Source of the DNA: Paragordius varius
Taxonomy: Eukaryota > Animalia > Nematomorpha
Direction: 5' to 3'
DNA: 64,000 bases
Assembly: GCA_964247055.1 (NCBI GenBank)
Contig: OZ176050.1
Location: 11,160,001 to 11,224,000, forward strand
Part shown: piece by piece, positions 54,801-64,000 of the stretch
How the letters are laid out: each line of letters starts with the position of its first letter
How positions within the stretch are numbered: the stretch's first letter is position 1
Notes under the pieces: generated by a model
Told to the model about the DNA's origin: nothing
The model's input: only the letters and a program-made list of their open reading frames with translations
The model's database searches: none
Made by a program: the position numbers and the translations under genes

Positions 54801-57800
54801 TAATTATCTTGGCATCTAAAATTATGACAATAAATTCAAAAAAACCATTGAGAAATTAATATCTTAAACCTTTTGTAAAAAAAACGATTTTAAACGCAAA
54901 ACTTTAAATGAAAACGATTATCCTTATTATAAAAGTAAGAATCATCAGTAATAACAATTCCTAATCTTCAAATTTTTTTAAAATTATTGAATTTTGAATT
55001 CTTATTTTTAAACTTAAAAGATGTTATTGTAGTTACTCGTTCATAAAATATAAATGGGGTTTATAGCTAAGTGATTCTTTTAACCAAAAAATGCAAGAAA
55101 CTGGTAACAATTGGTAAAATACACTTTGTAACCAAAATTAAAACTATTAGCCAAAACCGTTTATAAAACTGACTATTATTTCAATTCTACTATTAGATTT
55201 AATCAAAATTTACGTAAATTTATCTTTAAAATAGTTGTTATATAAATTAATTAAATGCAATCTTAAATTTCTTAGTTTTAAAAACAAATTAAAATAATTT
55301 ACATAAAATATGTTTACCCTGCAATATAACGGGCTTCTGCAACACCCAAATAATTTTGGGGGAAATGTGCGTTCATTTCATCCCCGTCGAAATCGGCATT
55401 ATACGCCTTACATTGCGCATAATGAAGTCGTAATGTTTTTTGACCGGGTAAAATTTTGGCCTAAAACATTAATAAAGTTAATAAAATTACTAAAATGTTA
55501 TTCCTAAACTAATATAGTGTAATATCAGATTAAAGGTTCTGTCAACATAATTGTTTTATAAAAGCTTATTAAACAAAAACAGCTTATTAAAAAGATTGAA
55601 TTCATATAATGAAATTATACAGTAAAATTATAAAAACAAGTTCATTAATAAAAATATTAATAAAAATAAAAGATATTCATTCCTACTTTATGAGCCATGA
55701 TTGAAGGTTTATGCAGCGTTGGTTGACGATTAACAAGCAACATATCACCATCTTTTATGTGGCGATTCACCAAAACAATTGTATCCGTATGTAAACTATT
55801 TAAGTTTTGGCAGCTAAACAACACAATTTATAAATTATTGACGGATATCAAACTTTCAAAAAAATTGAGTATATAATTGAATCAAGACTAAAGTTATGTT
55901 TTCTATACTAATAAAATAACCGATCTAACCGGTTATAAATGCAGTCAATTAATCTTGATATAAAATATGGAAATATATGTTAGTATTACCTAAAACAAAT
56001 CAATATTAACCAAACATATTTTCAATATCGTTTCTGATAAATTAATAACAAAAAAATATTTTTTACATTGAGTATGCCATTTTTTATAATCATTGTTATC
56101 ATGTGATAATCATATACATTAAAGTTGTGTTAACTATTTATAACTGACCAGACACCCATCCCTAAAAAACGAATTATATATCTATATATATTATACATAT
56201 ATAGCATATAAATTACCGCTTAAAACTAAAAAAGAAAAAAAGTATTATATGTAAACTCTTTTAAATTGTACAAGGCTTCATAACCATATTCTTCAATCAT
56301 AGCAAGTTTGCGAGCAATTGTTCGCCGTTGCCCAGAATTTCTAGCATCTAGCATTATAACATCCCCGCTGGACATTTGAACAGAAAACGCTCTAAAAAAC
56401 ATGTAATTTAAGTAAAATACATGGTAAAAACGAAAAAATTATACTTCCCTTGCGTATAAATTTATTTTTATATTAACAATTAAAAGACCCATAGAGCTAA
56501 AAAGTATTGCGGTTCAAATAAGACAATAAATAGTGTTTTAAGTTTTTCCAACATTTCTGATAAATTTATAATACACTAAAAATATTTAAGATTTGAGTTG
56601 TCGAATAAATATATTTTAAACCCTGGATACTGTTGTGGACCATTTAATATAGCTTTCCGCAGGTAGGAGGCATTGAATGGTGTAACACGTTCAGGAAATG
56701 TTAACTTTACCGCAAATATTAGTGGAACGCCTATTTGATATTAGATTTACAGCATATTCATAACATATTAAAAAAATATTTAATCATTCTTTTGATTTAT
56801 TTTTTTAATTTCTAATTTTCAAATTACTTCATAGAATCAACCTGTTCGATTACTAATTATTGTTAAGTTGACTCATTTTTGTGCAACATTCTTTACGAGT
56901 GGCATAAAACTTTTTTATTATGAAAAAATCGAACAAACTATATTTTAATTTTTTTATGTGCATTCATGGAATTTAACAATGATTCTTAATTACAAAATAT
57001 ATCGCAAAAAAATTTGTAAAGTTTCGCAAGTCAAAAACAGTAAATTAAATTTTAAGAGACAAAATACAATAAAAGGTTAATTTGTAAATATAAAAGTTGG
57101 TAGTGTTACCCGTTTACATAATTATCCCTTATTAACAATCCAAAACGAACGATTATATTAGGAAAAAAATTAAGGTTAAAAAAATATGCGTTATCTTTAA
57201 AAAAAAACTTGTCGTATATGTGCAAATAACCAACTAATTTGATCAATATTTATAAGTGGGAACAAATCAAGGTTAAAAAATATGCGTTTTCTTTATCTAA
57301 AAAAATCTTGTCTTATATGTATGCAAATAACCAACCAATTTGATCAATGTTATTAATTGACCAAAAACCAAGGTTAAAAAAATATGCGTTTTTTTATTTT
57401 AAATCTTGTCTTATATAAATAAAACCAACCAATTTGATCAATGTTTATAAAGGGGTCAGGAGAGATGACTGATCGTGCAGCAAAATCAACACGTTTTCCC
57501 ATCATATGTTTGCGGAAAAGACCTTCTTTTTTCTCCAATACCTTTTTTGTAACAAAAAAAGTAGTCAAGTAAAAAAGCATATAATAACAATTTGGTTTTT
57601 GTAATAAAAAATGCTTTATATAATATAAATAAACTGGTGTATTGCTTCCGTATAATATAATATTCGATTCCGCAAGCATAGATTATATTTTGTCAAATTA
57701 TTTTGCCAAATACAAAAACAATTAAATAAATAAATATTTTTATCATCTCATTTATCTTACCTGTTTATAATTTTTATAGCACATATTAGGCCAAATACGT

Positions 57801-60800
57801 TTACACTATAATTTAATTACAGTAAGGCAAGTAATATTTTTAGATGACATCCATACTTTATAATCTTTTTTCTAATATAATAGACAATAATAAAAAATAT
57901 ATTGATAACTTAGGTGGTTTCCAATTTATCCATTCCTTATTTCGTCCACAGTTATATTTTAAAATCAAGTTGTAGTTCAATAAAAGAGTCTTTTGTTCTA
58001 CTTTTTGTGTTGACAAATATTATTTTCATTGTATGTTATAATTAATTTGCCGATTTTATAAAATGAATATCAATCAATAACCCTTCATCAAAAACATAGA
58101 ACAATTATATGGTATATAGATTTCCCTCATATTATTTCATTTTATCGTTATCTTATCCATTTAAATATTTTTTAACATCTGTCATAAAAAAATAAATTCC
58201 AACATCTGTCATGAAAAACTAATTTCCAACAAACACATCAAAAATCAATTAAAAACCGACCTGTTTAAGAGACATTAGCCTTTCTTTCGGGAACATGACA
58301 GTGTCTGGGTGAAGGAGCAGATTGACACAAGATTGCAAATAACGCCAAACTGAAACGAAAGCTGGCAAATTAGCTGCTGAGTTAGAACTGCCTGTGGGAT
58401 AAACTGTAAAAGCCCCTGGGCCCCCACCCTTTTTCCGCCTCGTAATGCTATTCATACGATCGACTTGAGCAAGTTTAAGACCTGAACTCCGGCGTTTAAT
58501 TGCGTTAGAATTTGAATTGGGGGTCGAGTTATTTTGTGATACTGCGGGTGGTAGTGTTGTTGTATCCAAATCATTATTACTGTATTGATGATGAATTACG
58601 AAATTCAAGTATGAAAATTTTATATTATTCAAAAATTATTTGATATAAAAAATGACGCTTTAAGATGGTAAACTAAAAATGTATTGAAATGAAAACCCTA
58701 GTTTATTAAAATGACGTCCCTTATTTTAGCTAAATAGCACCTAAAAACTCATTAACTTATGATAAGCCTTTTAAAGTCGTAAAAAAGGAAAATTTCTTTT
58801 TATTAAACATAAAATTAAAGACATCCAAAAAAAACTTCAAACAAATATTTTATCAATTAAATAGTAATAATACCTTTCATTTGTGATTGGTTTTGCATTT
58901 GCGCTTCCAGCTACACTAATATCACGATAACTATTACTCTTTAATGTGAGGGGCAAGAGTGAGCTGGGATCAACCTTCATAATTTCGTTTAGGAGCTGAC
59001 ATGCTGCTAAAACTTTAACGTATACCAACGTTTGACTTGTAATAAATTTTGAATCTTCAAGGACATTAAGCTAAAAAGCAAAAAATTATAAAATGGTTTT
59101 TAAAATTTTTACTCAATAAAACCATTAAGTGGTTAAACAAAAAATTATACGCTATCAATAAAAATGATATTTTTTATAGAGAACAAAAGATTGTAAAAGA
59201 CCGGAGCGTAATTACAAAAAATCTAAATTTGACTTTTTAAACAAAGTGGACCAGGGGAAGGATAGTCAAATAAATTTAGAACCACAAATATTATATGAAT
59301 AATTTAATTATCCGCCTTCATTCGACAGTTTTTTAATTTTATTCGTAGTCTAATATATATGATGTTGAGAATTCATAAATAGAAATTGTGAAAAAATAAA
59401 ATTATGAAGATATAAAATGCGTTTTTGATGGATTTCCAAAATTTGGATATAAAGTATTTTATAAAAATATATGCATTTTAATATTACTTTTTTCAAAAAA
59501 ATCGTATTGATAACACCCTTGTATTAAACAATACTAAAAGCTAATTAATCGCGAATGCATATTGTTAAAACTTAACAATTAAGTTATATTTTTTGATTTT
59601 TTTTACCGGCCGAAATTTATTTGGAACAACTGGTAGGGCTTTTAGGAAAAAGACACTAGCAAGCGCTTCAATATGATCCGCATTTAGTTGTGTATCTTCA
59701 TTCAGCCTAAAAAATGATAATATTCCATGGATTGTAAAATATTTACTACATAGTAAAATAATGAATTAAGTCAAATTTACAGATTAAATACACATATATT
59801 TAAAATTAAAAACTAATTTACAAATAAACGTTTCATCCTCATACATAATAAAAACCTTCACAAATTCTGATACAATTTAAATTTTTACCCTTTATAAAAG
59901 AAAAAGGAAACCCCTAAACTATATATTTAATGGCCAAGTTTCATGCATAAATGATTACTCAAATGGCAGGCGTTGCTGCAAACACCCAAAAAGTTGGCAA
60001 AGTGTTAAAACATTTTCCGGGATGGCAAAAATTCTAATCAGCAAAAGTTTTGCTTCAATAGGACTCAGTTCTTGATCCCCACGGGCGGCAAAACTGATAA
60101 AAATAAATGGGTGCGTTTCCCAATTCCTTAAAGCGGATAAATGATTTTTATCAATTTGTGATGTTAATGATGATTCGTTTGATGTGCTAAGAGATGTTTT
60201 AGGAGTGTTAGGCAGTTTAGTAGAAGGTGCAACAATCGTTCGTTTTTGAATAAAATTAAGATAAATTTTGGTCCCATTATCACGATTTTTCCATGTTGGA
60301 AGTCGAGACCTACAATGTGGACATGATTTAATAGTGCTAACGTGCCATTTCTTAATGTATTCCATGAGTAATTCAGAACGTGTTGCAAATGTATTTTTAT
60401 CGTAATTACCATCTTTTATATGATTTTTTTCGTTCGATGGTGGAATTAATTGCATGACAAATTTTTCTAATTCATGTATGTTGTCATGAGTTACAACAAA
60501 TTGTTTAAGTGCCTCATTATTAACAATATTGTCTTTTAAGGTACGAACACTTGACATGTTTCCCTCCGATATTAATTTCATTTGAATCCGCAAAAGAAAG
60601 GACTGTAAAACTGGTGATAAAAGACGGTAACAAAAAATACAACTGCCTTTCATAATCTAAAATTATGTTAAATGAATACCAAAAATAGTATTTTGATCAA
60701 ACTTGGATTATAAACCAAAAGTGGAAGCTCTATATGTCCAAGATGACCTGGACAGTTATAGTAACTTTTTCCACAAGTGTAGCAATAATCTTTAAATGAT

Positions 60801-60993
60801 ACAGGGCCTAAAATAAACATAAAATTCAACCTAATGCAGAATCATGTAAACCCTTTGGCGCTGGTTTAAAATCCTTATCTATTGTTTTCGGATTGGATAC
60901 TTCTAAAACCGAAATCGCCCGTATTTCTTCATCGAGAAATGATGAAAATGTCACATTTTTGACGAATGATTCTAAATTAGGATCAACTGGCAT
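42367..60993 (-). CDS. POLR1A: DNA-directed RNA polymerase I largest subunit (RPA1/A190), ~30 exons
   Basis: First exons 60831-60993, 60680-60807, 59959-60656, 59607-59706 give CYTC...[11 protein letters not shown] and [15 protein letters not shown]. Later exons give [38 protein letters not shown], catalytic [16 protein letters not shown] (~55320-55470), [64 protein letters not shown], and C-terminal [20 protein letters not shown] (42367-42470). Pol I-specific signatures distinguish it from RPB1/RPC1. Exons in ~48500-49160 are uncertain. Confidence 0.97.
44793..45020. mobile_element. Family R MITE copy 3, short-armed, in POLR1A intron
   Basis: Same core (CCCTAAAAATAAATTATGTG...GAGGGTGAATTTGAATTG..AATGG|TA) with only ~1-2 repeat units per arm; the left end is degenerate. 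Confidence 0.78.
47847..48040. mobile_element. TA-flanked hairpin MITE, family C copy 2, in POLR1A intron
   Basis: CATTTTAATGGTTGCTTATTTCACACTATAGTTGG...CCAACTATAGTGTGAAATAAACAACCATCAAAATT; homologous to 8944-9121. Confidence 0.82.
48048..48376. mobile_element. Family R MITE copy 2, in POLR1A intron
   Basis: Same termini and AT-rich core as 35562-35949, with 3 repeat units in the left arm and 4 in the right. Confidence 0.9.
51831..51856. repeat. (TA)n microsatellite
   Basis: Pure TA run; similar runs at ~447-460, ~16408-16430 and ~40360-40380. Confidence 0.9.
53937..54364 (-). other. Non-canonical GC-AG intron of POLR1A
   Basis: The upstream exon ends ...PYPMWSGKQ (CAG|GCATGT) and the downstream exon starts in phase 0 with IISTILLNI. 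No in-frame GT donor occurs before the next stop. Confidence 0.8.
57170..57450. repeat. Three tandem ~100-bp copies of a POLR1A exon end plus splice donor region
   Basis: Unit AAGGTTAAAAAA(A)TATGCGTT...AAATCTTGTCTTATAT...AAATAACCAACCAATTTGATCAATGTT starts at about 57171, 57270 and 57371; the third overlaps the exon end at 57430. Confidence 0.88.
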
Positions 60994-61840
60994 GGGTTAA
61001 ACGCAATAAAGTTTATCGGCATACAAATAAACATAAATTGTAATTACTTTAATTTTACATATTAATATATACTTGTTAGACATTTTTGCCATTAAGATTT
61101 TGAATAGAGACCTAAGGACTGCGGGCTGCATTTTAATTTAAATAAATCAGCTCGGATTTAAAATTGGGATAAGTTTTGGACTTTAAGCATAAGCTGTAAA
61201 AAATAAAAAGACAATAATACTAATTTTACACCAACTTTTGCTAGTGCTTGCCAAAATTTGGACTCATACAGTAATTTTTTCCTAGTATCTTCTCAACGTT
61301 TCTTCATATATTTTGTTTGGTTTTATTTGTTAAATATTCAAATCTTAGCGCACATATATCTCAGAGTACTGCATATTGATCCCTGAGGCATTATACATGC
61401 ATTCTTGTACATAGTACCTAAAAGGGTCTAATCAATATATTTATTCTAAAAAATATGTAACAAAACTCTAACAGGCCTATGTTTTGGGACTCATTAATGA
61501 TTTAGCAAAAGCATTTTTATAGCCGAAACCGCAAAATTTAGGCTTAATATTCTAAATGTTTTTCGAGGCCTAAATGCTCCGTTAATATTTATTAAAAACA
61601 ATTAAGATGATTTTTTAATTTTAAGTTTAGTTGTGCGACATAATTTAATGCTAGATTACAGACTGTTCGAAAAAAAGGATTTGATTATATATAGATATTA
61701 TATAGGAAAATATTTGAGGATTTTCATGATTTTGGTTTTGCCCTTACGAATGAAGAAAGTTATTTACGTTTGTGGTAAATGCTCTTTTAAAAAAAATGGC
61801 AATATTTGTAAACATTTTGTCAATAAAAATTTTTGGTTAA

Positions 61841-62363
61841 CACTTGGATACAACACATTCATTTTAGTCCTGGGTAGTTAAAAACCCCAGGCCTGTTTAA
61901 AATTTAATTTTTAAAAAAATATAGAAGGAATCGAAACTATGGAACCGAAATATATAAAAAATTTTCAAAAATACTTGATATTACTTATTTTAAGCTAAAA
62001 CCGAAAGGTAAAAATCTAGTCAGCGTGCATGTGTGCAATGGTAAAATTGAAAAATACAAAATAAACCGCATTTTCTGTTTCTATCAATGTTAGATGTAAT
62101 TTAAATAAATAAATTAGCTTTAATTCTACCCTTAAAATTAAATGAAAACGATATTTTGCAAAAATTTTGTAAAATAAAAAGGGAGGCGAAGTAGTTTGAC
62201 ATGGAACTTTTTTTTTCAAAACAAAATTTCATTTAGATAATTTGGCATATTTATATAATTTTTATAAGGATAGAAACATAAATAGGACCGTTTCCTTCAG
62301 TAGTTTTTTAAAAATCCTAAATTTAGTCTGGGGCATTTGGATATCCCAAATTAAATTAGAGTG
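61841..62363 (+). mobile_element. TTAA-flanked (piggyBac-like) MITE, family P copy 4
   Basis: TTAA|CACTTGGATAC...AATTAGAGTG|TTAA; same body as copies 2 and 3 with small deletions. Confidence 0.87.
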
Positions 62364-64000
62364 TTAAAGATAAATGTTAAATTCCAAAAATATTACTAAA
62401 ATATTTTATAAATATAAAAACTTAATAATATTTTTATTATGAATTTTGGCTCCAAACCCAAATTTTTTTGCGCTTTTAGAATTTGTTGCTTTTTCCAACA
62501 CAAAAACGCTGCAATTTTGAGAAAATTTTTTTATGTTAGATTAAGCAAAAGCATACTTTGTTCAAAAAATTAATTTTAAGCAAATTTTTTTTGAAATTTC
62601 CTACTATTTTAAGGCATTATGGAAAAATACTCTTTACGTTTTCTAAAACAAATTTTCTATTTTGATAACGCTGAAAATTTATATCATCTCGGAAGGTTCA
62701 TTCACTAATAATAAAACGCTGTATGAAATTTTGACCCAGTGTTATTACATCACAATATTTTTTTTCAAAAAAAACATCTTTCCTCAAAGATCTCCTAAGG
62801 AAAATCTTGTTGAAGGGTATTTTTTATCATGGTGTAAAACGGCTTATATACCGTTTAAGATATTATAATAATATACTTTCTTCATCATTCGTGCTGAGCC
62901 ATCACCTTAGAATTATAATTATAAGATAAGTTAACTTTTAAATTCCATTTTAAGACTTCATTCCATGTTCACTTTACACAGAGAATTATATATTCGGGTA
63001 GTTCATACCCTAGAACAACTTGTTTATCAGCTATCATTTTAATGGTTTGTTTGAAAAGCATTGATCTCCTGCATTTGATAAATTTATAATTTTTGTTTCT
63101 TTAACCACTGGATGGAATTGGGATAGCTTCGAGGTAATATTTAAATACACAGCTGACATTAAAATCACTAATTATCAAAAACTTGCTGTCAAAATGCTCT
63201 GAAAGTTCTAAAGTTAATAATTTACATTTTTTAGCTATAATATACAATTTTGTCTCTTTTAGTAATTTGAAAAAATCCAAAGAAAAAAAATGGCGGTGAA
63301 AATTTGAAAAATTACATTTTTCATAAAAATGAATCATGCGTCTAAAAAGCTAAATGATGCATTTTTAAATTTACAATATGTTGATTCTGTTAAATATATT
63401 TGAATCTACAGTCGCTCTGGGAAAATCGACTCCAAAAGATAAGTAAGTGTAAAGCTAAACTAAGCCTTTTTTTAAATATTAAAGGTTAATGTTCAGCATC
63501 ATCGCACTACGGAAAAAATATTAAGAGTAGCCCTCAAGTTGGAATAATAAAATTTTAAATTATTTACAAATATTCATTTTATTTAAAATTAATGTTTTAG
63601 AAATATTATTAATATTTAATATAATATAACAATTCTGAATATATTAAACTAAAATCAAATTTTAATCAACGTTTCATGATTTGGAAAAGTTTTTTGTAGA
63701 GTTTTCTAAAGCTAAATTTTATAAGAATTATATGGATTTACATGCAATATAAAACTTTAATATTTTTTCTTTTAATTTAAATATGGTTAAAATTGATTTT
63801 TTGGTTTAAATTCAAAAACTAACATTTTAATTGCTGTAAAGCTGAATGTTTCATTTTCAATGTTTTTACATTTTATATAGATTTTACAAAGCTATATTTT
63901 TCCCATTTTTTGTAAAATATCATTGGGTTAATGTTTTTAATTTTCTTAACGACAATAAATGTTGGCTTAAGCGATTTTCTGGATCTCCTACTATTTATAT

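Noticed and set aside
1-64000. rRNA, tRNA, snoRNA or SECIS elements; bacterial or organellar origin
   Set aside because: None recognisable by eye (small divergent ncRNAs could be missed without covariance models); spliceosomal introns and the gene set indicate a metazoan nuclear locus.

Overview
Very AT-rich eukaryotic (metazoan) genomic DNA, not prokaryotic. Five spliced protein-coding genes can be rebuilt by hand with the standard code: MRPL4 (+, 3119-6331), a heparan sulfate N-deacetylase/N-sulfotransferase NDST (+, ~10062-19451), tRNA Um44 methyltransferase TRMT44 (-, 19603-25946), an aminergic class A GPCR (-, 32389-39357) and the RNA polymerase I largest subunit POLR1A/RPA1 (-, 42367-60993). 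Introns and intergenic space hold two Buster-type hAT relics with perfect 8-bp TSDs, a hAT-ended element carrying a ~155-bp satellite array, a decayed RTE-type LINE, two IS630/Tc1 transposase relics and at least five MITE families. The most striking signal is a class of ultra-short GT-AG introns (22-34 nt, 11 mapped). They are needed to restore conserved reading frames, coexist with kb-long TE-filled introns and mostly cluster at the 5' ends of the housekeeping genes. All gene models come from manual translation and remembered homologues, with no database search or RNA evidence. I found no rRNA, tRNA or CRISPR array. Parts of 1-2400, 26700-27600 and 61050-63550 look exon-like but remain unidentified.
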